A DNA stretch of 64,000 nucleotides from IMG/VR virus record IMGVR_UViG_3300004151_000006, positions 62,001-126,000 of that record; one strand, given 5' to 3'. The notes under the pieces were generated by a model. That model did no database searches. It was not told the DNA's origin and worked only from the letters and a program-made list of their open reading frames with translations. The position numbers were made by a program, and so were the translations under genes. Below, in pieces: positions 50,259-60,164 of the stretch. Positions within the stretch are counted from its first letter, which is position 1. The number at the start of each line of letters is the position of its first letter.

Positions 50259-50840
50259 ATGAATACAACTAGCTATATTGTCCCAGCATGCCCTGACATT
50301 ACAGATAAATTATCACTTCAATTCAATCTGGTGATCAAAGATGATCAACAAATATTGGAACATTGGAATGATAATAATATTGGAGAATTGTTAGCTGGTG
50401 AAGTGTTACTACTTAATCCATTTCCAGAGAAAACATCATTTCTATTTACCATGAGACATCTCATTGAATTTTGTATACGTAGGCCTTCGATAAATATGAT
50501 ATTTCAAAATTTTACATATCTGATGGATGCATATCTGGATCTTATTCCAACGATGAATAAATCCGAATATACTGATAAGAATATTAACTTTGATTTTGAA
50601 GATATCTTATTCACACAAAAACACGGTGATTATCAATTCATTCTTTCAGAGAATGGTGTTGGTGAATCTGATACAGCATTTAAATTGAATAGACCTAAAC
50701 AATTTGGAAACATTCATTTGATTGATATTTTAGATCTCCCTATCTTTTATGATAAAAACTATAATTTCAATACCTGGTTTAATTTTATTACTATATTTAT
50801 AAATAGTACCATTTATACTGTTAATATTGTTTTAGTATAA
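50259..50840 (+). CDS. paralogue family A member 4
   Basis: FTMRHLIEFCIRRP...LIDILDLPI...WFNFI. Confidence 0.65.
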   Translation: MNTTSYIVPACPDITDKLSLQFNLVIKDDQQILEHWNDNNIGELLAGEVLLLNPFPEKTSFLFTMRHLIEFCIRRPSINMIFQNFTYLMDAYLDLIPTMNKSEYTDKNINFDFEDILFTQKHGDYQFILSENGVGESDTAFKLNRPKQFGNIHLIDILDLPIFYDKNYNFNTWFNFITIFINSTIYTVNIVLV

Positions 50841-51349
50841 TGTTGATAGATATTAAATCCCTTATTGTTGGAAATGAATCCATATTGCTTTCAAATGTAA
50901 AATCTGTATCAGATATACAAGAGTGTATGAAAGATATTGAATATGAAAGATTTACTGATGAAACTAAATATATTGTAAAGACACCAGATCAAGTGCTTAA
51001 GCAAAAGAAGTGTGTGTGTTATGATGCTGTGGAATTGGAAAGAGTATTATTTGAAAAATTGAGATATGAATATCGAACATATTTTATCTATGAATTTGAT
51101 GAGTCTGGTATATCGGGTACTCACACTTTTCTACTTTATAAAGAAGATATGAAATATTGGTTATTTGAACATAGTTGGGTAAAACATCGTGGTATCCATG
51201 GTCCATTTAAAACCTATGAAAATGGAAAACAATATGTAACTAATAAGTTTAAAATGGAATCTCATGTGGCTATCAAAGAATATAAAAAGTTTAATTTCAA
51301 AGGTATGGATCTAAACCAATTCGGGCAATATATCATGGATCATTATTGA
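50840..51349 (+). CDS. transglutaminase/papain-like cysteine enzyme
   Basis: TPDQVL...VCYD (Cys), THTF (His), FEHSW (Glu). Confidence 0.6.
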   Translation: MLIDIKSLIVGNESILLSNVKSVSDIQECMKDIEYERFTDETKYIVKTPDQVLKQKKCVCYDAVELERVLFEKLRYEYRTYFIYEFDESGISGTHTFLLYKEDMKYWLFEHSWVKHRGIHGPFKTYENGKQYVTNKFKMESHVAIKEYKKFNFKGMDLNQFGQYIMDHY

Positions 51350-51398
51350 TTCTAATCCTCTTTAATCTCTTAACCCTCTAACCTAAGGAGAAGACTCC

Positions 51399-52118
51399 AT
51401 GGAACTTAATATCATTGCTGGGGTTGCAGGGTCTGGTAAAACTCTTAAATTGATGAATACAGTATTTGAAATTGAACCAAATAAAGAGGAACCAAAAGAA
51501 TTGGTTGTTATCACTACTAACATGACTGGTGCTATTGGTGTATTGATTAGACTTATTGCTGATGAAATGGAAAGACCTATGTGGGAGAATCTCTCTTTTG
51601 ATGAAAAGCTTATTTATGTGAAAAAATATTTTAGCATGAAGAAAAGATACAATATTGTGTTTTATGATACCATTACTGAATTCTTATTTAAGACTGAATA
51701 CAAACCTATTGATATTGATCATTTATATATTGATCGTCCCGGTGAAGATCCCACTAAATTTGAAGATATTGCTCGAGTGTATAAAGCCACTGAGTGTGTT
51801 ATTTTCATGGTATTTGATCTTAATCGTGCTGCACACCAGTTAATGTTTGAACAATATTCTCGTAATGATCCAAATGGATTGCGTGAATTGAATCATACTC
51901 ATTTTTGTAGTATACAAGAAGTAACTTTATATAAAGAAGCAGATCGTGTAGTGATGACAAGAATAAGTCATAACCCAAGTCCTGAAATGGATGGTGATGG
52001 TAAAAGCATATTTTATCAATATATCAATAAAGAAAGATATACTAAATGTCAGGGTAATCTTTATAAATATGAGATTAAACCATCTTGTAAATTAGTGGGA
52101 GTTGATAATACAGATTAA
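51399..52118 (+). CDS. P-loop NTPase, divergent DnaB/RecA-like
   Basis: GVAGSGKT, LYIDRP, DLNR, EADRV, KERY. Confidence 0.5.
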   Translation: MELNIIAGVAGSGKTLKLMNTVFEIEPNKEEPKELVVITTNMTGAIGVLIRLIADEMERPMWENLSFDEKLIYVKKYFSMKKRYNIVFYDTITEFLFKTEYKPIDIDHLYIDRPGEDPTKFEDIARVYKATECVIFMVFDLNRAAHQLMFEQYSRNDPNGLRELNHTHFCSIQEVTLYKEADRVVMTRISHNPSPEMDGDGKSIFYQYINKERYTKCQGNLYKYEIKPSCKLVGVDNTD

Positions 52119-52504
52119 TGTGTAAGCTCAATCCACCAATTGAAACTGATTTAAAATCAAACACTCTTCAAATGTATTGGGATGAATTATCATTTTTCTC
52201 TACACCAGGATTGACAAGATGGGCGTTTAATCAGATAGTGGAAGATTGTATTCTTGAAAGAGATGGGTGGGTCAATACTGATATTTCCAATAGTGAGTTT
52301 ATATTAAAATGTAAAAAATCAATCAATGGAGAGCATAAAGCAGATATAAGTCGTATGTATCATTGTAGAGGCACCAGTAAATCAAACTTAGTTGCAGCTT
52401 CATTTATCAAACAAATTTTAGATAAATATATATATCGTTGGAATCCCAATTATAGTTTTATAGATAGTATTTATAAATGGAGGGCTTCCCATGGATCTGA
52501 ATGA
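52118..52504 (+). CDS. hypothetical protein
   Basis: 128 aa, translationally coupled. Confidence 0.55.
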   Translation: MCKLNPPIETDLKSNTLQMYWDELSFFSTPGLTRWAFNQIVEDCILERDGWVNTDISNSEFILKCKKSINGEHKADISRMYHCRGTSKSNLVAASFIKQILDKYIYRWNPNYSFIDSIYKWRASHGSE

Positions 52505-52871
52505 TTACCCTAAGTCTGTGGTAGAAAGTGCAATAAAAGTAAGTGAAATGTTTCGAACGCTTTATTGCAATCCTGAGATATTTTCTGGAAAAATGACCGA
52601 TGAAGAGATTGTGATAGCACTTCTTAATGAATATGGAATTTCTAAAAAAGATAAAATGTGGGATTATGTTAGTGGTGATAGTTTACTTGGTATAAAAGAG
52701 ATTATGGAAGTGTGTGAATTCTTTGAAATTCATCCAGGAATATTCACAAAGTTTAGAGTGTTGTGTTTGAAAGTTCCTCAAAAATATCGAATTCAAGAAG
52801 ATAGTGGTGATGACGATGATCTTCCTCCAACCAATCCAATTGGTGCATTTATTCATAAAAATTACTTTTAA
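52491..52871 (+). CDS. hypothetical protein, possible HTH
   Basis: GGAGG RBS; YGISKK..WDYVSG..LGIKEIMEVCEFF. Confidence 0.55.
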   Translation: MDLNDYPKSVVESAIKVSEMFRTLYCNPEIFSGKMTDEEIVIALLNEYGISKKDKMWDYVSGDSLLGIKEIMEVCEFFEIHPGIFTKFRVLCLKVPQKYRIQEDSGDDDDLPPTNPIGAFIHKNYF

Positions 52872-52883
52872 TGAGGAAACTAA

Positions 52884-53450
52884 ATGAAAATAGTCATTCA
52901 GAATGATGGTGTTTTATGTACCTTAGATAATAATAATGATTATACTGAACCCCATTGTATGTTTGAAAGAATTGTATACAGATTCAACCATAAAATATTA
53001 CAATATTTAAACTATCCAGTAGAATTCTGGGGTACTGTGCGTTTAAGTAGTATCATGATGATGTTAAAAAAGTATCCCAGTTTTTATAAATGTTTTCCTG
53101 AACTCAAAAAACTTGTAGATAAATATGAGGAAGTAAAATATAAGCCATGCAATAAACCAAAGTTTAAGTATATTGAATTCTTTAGTTACATTGATACACA
53201 AATTACTATTGAAAAAATTAAGATTGATAATAAACTTGAAATTGAATATGTTCCAGCAATGATCCATACTGATATTGATATTGGGACTAAAGATGAAACA
53301 ATATGTACACCAAGTAATAATCTTGAGGATATCTTAGATCTACCCATTAGACTCAATACACAACGTCTACCAAATAAAATAAATTTTACTTTATTTGAGT
53401 TTCTTGGTATATTGGAATATAGTCTTTGTAAGGAATTCAAACAATATTAA
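52884..53450 (+). CDS. paralogue family A member 5
   Basis: YLNYPVEF..VRLSSIMMMLKKYP...LEDILDLPIRL...FTLFEFL. Confidence 0.7.
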   Translation: MKIVIQNDGVLCTLDNNNDYTEPHCMFERIVYRFNHKILQYLNYPVEFWGTVRLSSIMMMLKKYPSFYKCFPELKKLVDKYEEVKYKPCNKPKFKYIEFFSYIDTQITIEKIKIDNKLEIEYVPAMIHTDIDIGTKDETICTPSNNLEDILDLPIRLNTQRLPNKINFTLFEFLGILEYSLCKEFKQY

Positions 53451-53461
53451 GGAGAATTACC

Positions 53462-53770
53462 ATGTTTAATCGTCTCATCCAAACTCTGTGTTTTATAGTC
53501 ATGTTGCTTTCTACCACTGTAGCTATCTCTGGTCCCTATCAGGGATACAATCACACACAACATCCCTCCATCTATTTTGGTGGAGATGAATATCGACCTT
53601 ATACTCCCGGTTTTCAAGAGGATCTGATGTCTGGTGATGATACTGCGTATGATAAAGCATTTAATAATGAATATGATTGGGCTCCTGGTACAAATTCTTC
53701 AAGTTATTATAATCCCATTGGGTTACCTCGAGTAGTGTGGGTAAGCCCATATACTAAATCCGGATATTAA
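53462..53770 (+). CDS. secreted hypothetical protein
   Basis: Signal peptide; ends WVSPYTKSGY. Confidence 0.65.
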   Translation: MFNRLIQTLCFIVMLLSTTVAISGPYQGYNHTQHPSIYFGGDEYRPYTPGFQEDLMSGDDTAYDKAFNNEYDWAPGTNSSSYYNPIGLPRVVWVSPYTKSGY

Positions 53771-53772
53771 AA

Positions 53773-54225
53773 GTGGATACATACTCATTATTTAAACATG
53801 GTTATTCTAAACAATATGATCATAAGAATCAATTACGCCGATTAATGTTTGATCCGGTAAGGGCATTTGCATATTTAATTCATGATAAATATAATAGTTA
53901 TATTCAGTATTTTAAAGAAGCAGTAATTTCGGGTATTTATGAGAATATGTACGTGGATATGTCTCATGTGTTTGCTGCAGATTTTGTAGATATTAGTGTG
54001 GATGTTGATGATGAAAAAGATTTGCGATTGTTGTTTCATTTGGTGATAAAGGATCCTAAATATGGATATCACATATATGGTATGTTAAAACGTGGTGAAC
54101 TGGTAGCTGATGGATATCGTGATCGCATAGAGGCCACACATATGTGGGATTTGAATAAATTACAAAAAATATTTAAGTTAAAAAATAATGCTTATTCTGA
54201 GTATATCAACAATTGTAATAAATAA
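53773..54225 (+). CDS. hypothetical protein
   Basis: 150 aa, followed by an inverted repeat. Confidence 0.55.
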   Translation: MDTYSLFKHGYSKQYDHKNQLRRLMFDPVRAFAYLIHDKYNSYIQYFKEAVISGIYENMYVDMSHVFAADFVDISVDVDDEKDLRLLFHLVIKDPKYGYHIYGMLKRGELVADGYRDRIEATHMWDLNKLQKIFKLKNNAYSEYINNCNK

Positions 54226-54232
54226 TTTATTT

Positions 54233-54263
54233 GATAAGGTGCTCCACAGTGGAGCACCTTATC
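54233..54263. repeat. 15-bp stem/1-nt loop inverted repeat
   Basis: GATAAGGTGCTCCAC-A-GTGGAGCACCTTATC. Confidence 0.92.
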
Positions 54264-54339
54264 TCAGGAGTTTTAATGGAACCATCTATCACCTTTTTAG
54301 AATTTTTATATAGTGTCATGGATAATTTTAGGAGGAATA

Positions 54340-54588
54340 ATGGAAGAAATCTTCATAACATTGCAACGATGTAGTATTCCACTTATTGTTTATTTTATTA
54401 CTTTTCTAATTTATTTTAACAATGGTGAAAAACTTGTACTATTTTTTCCAGCAATACTGGGTGCTGGCCCAGTCTTATTTATGGCTAGATTATATCAGGA
54501 CGTTTATTCTTTGATGTTGTGGGCATTAATGTTATTATTGGTGATAGCTGTTGGAATTCATCATACACCAAATCGTACCTCATCTTAG
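54340..54588 (+). CDS. small membrane protein
   Basis: AGGAGG RBS, three hydrophobic segments. Confidence 0.6.
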   Translation: MEEIFITLQRCSIPLIVYFITFLIYFNNGEKLVLFFPAILGAGPVLFMARLYQDVYSLMLWALMLLLVIAVGIHHTPNRTSS

Positions 54589-54600
54589 TCCGGGAGTAAT

Positions 54601-54846
54601 ATGGACTATTATCTTAATATCTTGATTCAATACTACACTATTTGGATCATAATTTGGTTTTGTGGATTTTTATTTGCATTAAGTTTACCGGATTTAGCAC
54701 CTCTCGGAGCTATAATATCCGTTATATTTTTAATTGTAGCTAATTTTTATGGTCACATTAACATAGATGTCACTATTGTTGGATATGTACTTTTTATAGT
54801 ACTTGGTACAATGCAATTTGGTATATTGTTTGGAAGAGATTGGTGA
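54601..54846 (+). CDS. small membrane protein
   Basis: GGGAG RBS, three hydrophobic segments. Confidence 0.6.
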   Translation: MDYYLNILIQYYTIWIIIWFCGFLFALSLPDLAPLGAIISVIFLIVANFYGHINIDVTIVGYVLFIVLGTMQFGILFGRDW

Positions 54847-55145
54847 ATATAATTCTGTGTCATGGTGGTGATAGGTTTTTAGATAACAATGATGAAATCT
54901 TGTGTCCAAATGCAAAGTGGTGTTTATGCCACAATATGTTAAAATATCAAAAAATTATCCATGATGAACCATTGAAAAATGCAGCTAATAACGTCGGTGG
55001 TAGAAATCAATATGGTGGTGGATACATTACAATGGGTCCTGGTAGTATTGACCAGTGTTTCCCAAATTGTTCAGATTTTATACCAATTTATAAACCCTAT
55101 CGAGGTATGATAGCTACAATAAAGAAATGGAGGAAATGCAAATGA
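54840..55145 (+). CDS. Cys-rich hypothetical protein
   Basis: 101 aa, overlaps neighbours. Confidence 0.5.
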   Translation: MVNIILCHGGDRFLDNNDEILCPNAKWCLCHNMLKYQKIIHDEPLKNAANNVGGRNQYGGGYITMGPGSIDQCFPNCSDFIPIYKPYRGMIATIKKWRKCK

Positions 55146-55300
55146 AATATTGGATCTTTGGGATATGTTGTATTGTAGCTAGCACATTCAGTTCATATAT
55201 TTTAATGACTGCTGGTATCATCTCAGTGTGTCTTGGTATCTGTAAACTGGTAGAAGAACATCTCCCTAAGAGTGTCAAAAATTATGTAGAGCTGCTTTAG
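55142..55300 (+). CDS. small membrane protein (not in ORF track)
   Basis: GGAGG RBS; MKYWIFGICCIVASTFSSYILMTAGIISVCLGICK... Confidence 0.5.
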   Translation: MKYWIFGICCIVASTFSSYILMTAGIISVCLGICKLVEEHLPKSVKNYVELL

Positions 55301-55328
55301 ATATAGTGTACTATAAAGGAGGAAATCT

Positions 55329-57683
55329 ATGAAAAAGAGAAAATTATTTCCTAAAAACAGTTTTAACAATTCCAAGATTCGAACTGTGTATAAATTTAAA
55401 TCATTAAAAGATTGTAAAAAGAAAAATCCTTTTATTAATTGTCATGAACACCAAAGTCCTTGGTGTTTCGGATGGATTAAATTAATAGTGGACGATATGG
55501 TTAAACGTCCAACACTTCTTTATGGTGAATTAGTATTTGATTGTTGTCGTGGAAAAAAGATGCCATGTGTGGTGTTTGATGATCATGCATTTTGTAATCC
55601 TACATTAACTTGGACTGAAACATATGAAAAAGATTCACGTTGGCATCCTGATAATTTAAAGAAATGGGTAGAATTTATTAAGGATAACAATAAAGCTCTT
55701 GCTTCTGAATGGGACATTGCAGATATACCCAAATTTATGAAAGAGAAATATGCTAGTATGACCAAAACAGATAAACCTCATTTTAATTTTATCATTACTA
55801 CTCCTGGTAATGACACTAAATACACCCATCTATTTGAAGCAATGAAGAAGTATAATGAAGAACATGGTGTGACTCTTTCTACTGATTTTGGTAAATGTAC
55901 TAAAGACAGCCCTTTTTATGTACGTAGAGGAATGAAGAATCCTACCACTGAAAAGATGGATTGGAGTGATATAGTTCTCATGAAACCTGAAGATATCAAA
56001 AAGAAATATAATTATAAAATCCCACTTAAAGAAGGAAGGATGTTTCCAGTTGATATTGAATATACTTATGATGAATTACGAAGAGAATTAACTCCTGAAG
56101 AATTGGAAAATGGTATCAAAATAAATTATACTTTCATGCCTGGCAATGGTAACCCAGTTAAATCTGATGACATCATCATGAAATTTAGAAAACCAAATAT
56201 TGAAAAAGATAATATTTCTTTTGAAGATCAATGTGAACAATGGAGAAAAGATATAGCTAATGCATGTATGGTACCATACAATATGTTATTTGGAAACCTT
56301 TATTCTAATGATATTTATAAGTATGCATTTATATCTAAAATATTTCCTTCATTTGGAATTTGTGTCGGTAAAGAAGGACAACATATTGGAAGGGTGAAAC
56401 ATGAAATAAAACGATTTGTTGATTTAGCTATGAACAATAATGATTTATGTATGAGATCAAAAGTATTTAAGTTCTATAGTGAGTTTATTAAATGGATTGA
56501 TAAAACATATGAAAATATGGAGTTAATGCCACTGAATATTAAATATTTGAGATGGTTACTTTATTGTAAGCGATACCAACTAAAAATAGAGTTGAATTCT
56601 GTATATGGATATCCAGGTATGAGTATTAGAGATGTTGAAAGTAATAAAATATTCTTTCCAGATAGTTGGCACATTGATTGTCGTAAAGGAAATATTAAAG
56701 AATTTAGAAATATTACAGATACAGCTAGATCCTTTATGGATAATTTCAAACATATGCAACAACCACCATACAATCAATTTGTTGAATATATGGGTGAAGA
56801 TGTTGTACATATTGATACTGGCCATTTTAAAATATCCAATATAAATGGTATTCCAATGGTATCTATGGACTATAATTATAAACTTGAAGATAAAGAAGGT
56901 TTGGTTGAAGGTAAACCGATTGAATCCATAAAAGACATACATTTACAGTTTGGACTTAATTACAGTGCTGTCATGACTGAATTTGATAAAGCAGTATCTG
57001 ATCCTAAATTTATGGAAGATGTGAGACAGATAGTCAGAGAAACACCATTGAGTGGAAAACCTTTAGATTTGGGTGATATTAAAATTGGTGGGATTATTGA
57101 ATCATTGACAATTAGTAGGGGTGATGAAACTATAGATTATGGTACACATATTACTGAATTTAATGAAAAGATGTCATTTAAACAATTTATTAAAAATGGA
57201 GAACAAATGTTTCAAAAATTTATCAATTCCAAAGGAGGGACTCCCATGTCGGAGCAAAAGACTGATTCGGTTATCAATATTCCATTGCCAGATAATCATA
57301 TTTATGAACTCTTGGGACAAGAAGAAATTGATCATGAAAATGGTGAAGTGATTCGTGATGTGCGTGGTAAGATCATTGATTATAAGTGGCGTGTAAAATT
57401 GATCAATTATCAGAATGCTAAGGGTGTCTTGATTGCTTGGCCTGATGAGAAAAAGAAAGTGATCTTTGTTGGTATGTCGTGTTGTGATGCTGATGAACAG
57501 TTTGAATTTGGAAAGAAAGTGATGCAAGCTATGCAGAATGCTTATGATCGCGATTATGAATTTCCTGAAGATTATAACCAACATTTGAATACGTTTCTTA
57601 GTAGGTGTCGTGTAGAATATCCTCAATTGGAAGAAGCTGATTGGGGTCTGTATTTTTATGATCGTAAGACTGGAGGTAAGTAG
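55329..57683 (+). CDS. large mosaic hypothetical protein with probable internal start at 57246
   Basis: AAGGAGG RBS at the start and again before ATG 57246; C-terminal domain paralogous to the next gene. Confidence 0.65.
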   Translation: MKKRKLFPKNSFNNSKIRTVYKFKSLKDCKKKNPFINCHEHQSPWCFGWIKLIVDDMVKRPTLLYGELVFDCCRGKKMPCVVFDDHAFCNPTLTWTETYEKDSRWHPDNLKKWVEFIKDNNKALASEWDIADIPKFMKEKYASMTKTDKPHFNFIITTPGNDTKYTHLFEAMKKYNEEHGVTLSTDFGKCTKDSPFYVRRGMKNPTTEKMDWSDIVLMKPEDIKKKYNYKIPLKEGRMFPVDIEYTYDELRRELTPEELENGIKINYTFMPGNGNPVKSDDIIMKFRKPNIEKDNISFEDQCEQWRKDIANACMVPYNMLFGNLYSNDIYKYAFISKIFPSFGICVGKEGQHIGRVKHEIKRFVDLAMNNNDLCMRSKVFKFYSEFIKWIDKTYENMELMPLNIKYLRWLLYCKRYQLKIELNSVYGYPGMSIRDVESNKIFFPDSWHIDCRKGNIKEFRNITDTARSFMDNFKHMQQPPYNQFVEYMGEDVVHIDTGHFKISNINGIPMVSMDYNYKLEDKEGLVEGKPIESIKDIHLQFGLNYSAVMTEFDKAVSDPKFMEDVRQIVRETPLSGKPLDLGDIKIGGIIESLTISRGDETIDYGTHITEFNEKMSFKQFIKNGEQMFQKFINSKGGTPMSEQKTDSVINIPLPDNHIYELLGQEEIDHENGEVIRDVRGKIIDYKWRVKLINYQNAKGVLIAWPDEKKKVIFVGMSCCDADEQFEFGKKVMQAMQNAYDRDYEFPEDYNQHLNTFLSRCRVEYPQLEEADWGLYFYDRKTGGK

Positions 57684-58444
57684 TGATGTCTCAGACTTTC
57701 ACCTGTACTAAAGAACATAATGTGACTTTACCTAAGCATGCTATCTACGATTATATCGCTGATGAATACATTGATGTTGAAACAGTGATGGAAGTGAAAG
57801 ATGAACTTGGTCGTGTGAAAGATTTGGAATACAGTAAGAAACAAAATATCAAAGGTTTGATGTTGGCTTGGCCTGATGAAGAAAATAAACTCATTCGTAT
57901 TGGATATTCGAGATGTCATACATCTGATAAATTCAATATGGTAGATGCTATCAATGTAGCACTGGAACGTGGTAATACTAAATATGAATATATTGTATTT
58001 GATGAAGTGAGAGAATTTGAAACCCAGTTTATGAAGTTTCGTGATCGTGTGAAGAAATATTACAAACAACTTATGTTTAAAGAGTGGCGTATGTTTAGAT
58101 ATCTTGAAAAGTGCCAATCACCAACAATAACTCTCGTATCTGTTGATGAAAATGGATTTGTACGTATGAAAATTCCTGAAAATTTTAATTTTAGTTGTAA
58201 TCGTAATAATCGTATTTATACCCCAGAAGCAGTGGGTGAAGCTATTGGAAAAATACATGAAGAAAGTAAAAAGTGTTTTAAGAATAAAACTACTACGGTT
58301 ACTAATGAAGGTAAGAATGATATTGTCCATTTAATTATCAGTGGTACTAGTCATATTGATTTTTCTATGATTAAGTTTAATCATGTTGGAAATAATAGTA
58401 TTCATATCCCTGGTGACGTGGTAGTTACCGTTAGACCCAAATAG
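57683..58444 (+). CDS. hypothetical protein
   Basis: KGLMLAWPDE..IGYSRC domain shared with the previous gene. Confidence 0.7.
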   Translation: MMSQTFTCTKEHNVTLPKHAIYDYIADEYIDVETVMEVKDELGRVKDLEYSKKQNIKGLMLAWPDEENKLIRIGYSRCHTSDKFNMVDAINVALERGNTKYEYIVFDEVREFETQFMKFRDRVKKYYKQLMFKEWRMFRYLEKCQSPTITLVSVDENGFVRMKIPENFNFSCNRNNRIYTPEAVGEAIGKIHEESKKCFKNKTTTVTNEGKNDIVHLIISGTSHIDFSMIKFNHVGNNSIHIPGDVVVTVRPK

Positions 58445-58452
58445 TATAGCTA

Positions 58453-58480
58453 TGAGTGGAGAGCCTTAGCTCTCCACTCA
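58453..58480. repeat. 12-bp stem inverted repeat before an RBS
   Basis: TGAGTGGAGAGC-CTTA-GCTCTCCACTCA. Confidence 0.85.
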
Positions 58481-58494
58481 CACAAGGAGACATC

Positions 58495-59211
58495 ATGGAT
58501 TTTAATTTTTCAACACACCGAAAACTTAATTCATTAAAGAAACAAATTGTAGATGAATTTAATGAATATTTAAAACCTAGAAACATTCTGTTAAATGATC
58601 ATTCTCCTCTTGCAGTACAAATGGAATTGCATGCTGTAAATCTGAAGTTTATTGAAATACCTTTAAATGATGATGATGTGATGAATGCTAGACTGGTAGT
58701 TATGGCTGATAAAGAAATATTTGATATTTATTTCAATACACATAATAAAGCTACTGAATTCTATGAAAGTATTGATAAACCAACACAGGCAGCAATGGTG
58801 TTTGGTATGTGCACAATGTCAATTCCATCTGATTTACAATGTTTGATTCGTGAACTTAATGATAAAAATAATAAGCTATATCAGATGTTTATTGAATTGT
58901 GTATGGAAATCCGATTAGCCAATCTGGAATTGATGATAATTAATAGTTTAGTGAATGTTGATAGATATGAGTTGGGAAAAGATATTCAAGATTTACTCAA
59001 TACTGGAGAACATGCATATATTCATGTATTGATTGATTATTGGTTTGGTACCATTACACTAGAAGACTTAAAGAGTAAAGTTGGAAAGGCGGACAAATAT
59101 GGAATATTGAAGATCATTGATAGGGTTATTATTTCTAAATATCAAATCTATCGTGAATATCAAGATCATTATACTGATTATTTTCAAAGTCACTCTGCAA
59201 AGGATAGATAG
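58495..59211 (+). CDS. hypothetical protein
   Basis: AAGGAG RBS; start revised from 58456. Confidence 0.7.
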   Translation: MDFNFSTHRKLNSLKKQIVDEFNEYLKPRNILLNDHSPLAVQMELHAVNLKFIEIPLNDDDVMNARLVVMADKEIFDIYFNTHNKATEFYESIDKPTQAAMVFGMCTMSIPSDLQCLIRELNDKNNKLYQMFIELCMEIRLANLELMIINSLVNVDRYELGKDIQDLLNTGEHAYIHVLIDYWFGTITLEDLKSKVGKADKYGILKIIDRVIISKYQIYREYQDHYTDYFQSHSAKDR

Positions 59212-59240
59212 TGTGGGCCCCATATGGGGCCCACACTATC
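59207..59240. repeat. 34-bp perfect palindrome between convergent genes
   Basis: GATAGTGTGGGCCCCAT|ATGGGGCCCACACTATC. Confidence 0.95.
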
Positions 59241-59261
59241 ATCATAAGTTTATTATATTTT

Positions 59262-60164
59262 TTATCTACTACCTGGAAAAGGTTTATCCCATTTACATTC
59301 AGTAGCTGCAGTATGTATCCAATATACACCATCAGATAACCTTTCAGCTTTTCCAGTCTTTAAGTATTTTTCAATATCTTTAAAAATATGTTCACACTCA
59401 TTAGCTCTTTCCCAAGCAAATCCAACTGTACCAACATATATACCTTCTTCAAAGAGTGGTGTCTTTAAGACATCAAGAACGATGAGTTTATCACCAATAT
59501 ATCCACATTCTACATATCTACATTGTTTACCTTGATCTCGAGCATGAAAATCAGTATTCATACAAAGATCACCAAAAGTATGTCTGATTTTTTTAGATTC
59601 TCTAAAAGCATCTAAGAGTTCAGCATCATCCATACCAACAATGTCACAAGTATCTTTCATACCAAAAAAGAAATCACACCAAGTGGGATCACAATATAAA
59701 TATCTACCTTTACTATCTTTGTACCAAACATATCCACCAGCAGCAGCTACCATAGCTTTGATGATCTTATTTTGTCTACGTAATGCATCATATTTAAATT
59801 CTTTTCTAACTAAGCCATCACTATACCAACACAATGAAGAGAAAATAATAAATATCATACCTTCTAAGAGTGGCCAAATCAAATCATGGAATTCATCATT
59901 TGGTACAAAGATATCAATAGTCTGTGCCATCAAATATGAAATAGATAACATGATAGTACCCCAAGTAAGCTTACTAATATAGACTAATGAAACAGGATTC
60001 TCATTGGGTTGATTGAAGGGATAAATCTTTCTAATGTTTTGATAATATATATAAAGTTTGATACCTAAAGTAAGTGCCACAATAGCTGCCACTAATGAAA
60101 ATGAATATTGTATTAATTTTGTGATCACTGGATGAAGATCAATGAATATGTTAATGGGAAACAT
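59262..60164 (-). CDS. membrane-anchored PAS-domain protein (3 TM + PAS, no output domain)
   Basis: VWYKDSKGRYLYCD...DIVGMDD...LDVLKTPL..GIYVGTVGFA is a PAS/PAC pattern. Confidence 0.8.
   Translation of the reverse strand: MFPINIFIDLHPVITKLIQYSFSLVAAIVALTLGIKLYIYYQNIRKIYPFNQPNENPVSLVYISKLTWGTIMLSISYLMAQTIDIFVPNDEFHDLIWPLLEGMIFIIFSSLCWYSDGLVRKEFKYDALRRQNKIIKAMVAAAGGYVWYKDSKGRYLYCDPTWCDFFFGMKDTCDIVGMDDAELLDAFRESKKIRHTFGDLCMNTDFHARDQGKQCRYVECGYIGDKLIVLDVLKTPLFEEGIYVGTVGFAWERANECEHIFKDIEKYLKTGKAERLSDGVYWIHTAATECKWDKPFPGSR

Noticed and set aside
55329-57683. DNA polymerase B call from the LNSVYG motif
   Set aside because: No recognisable motif A (DxxSLYP) or motif C (DTD)
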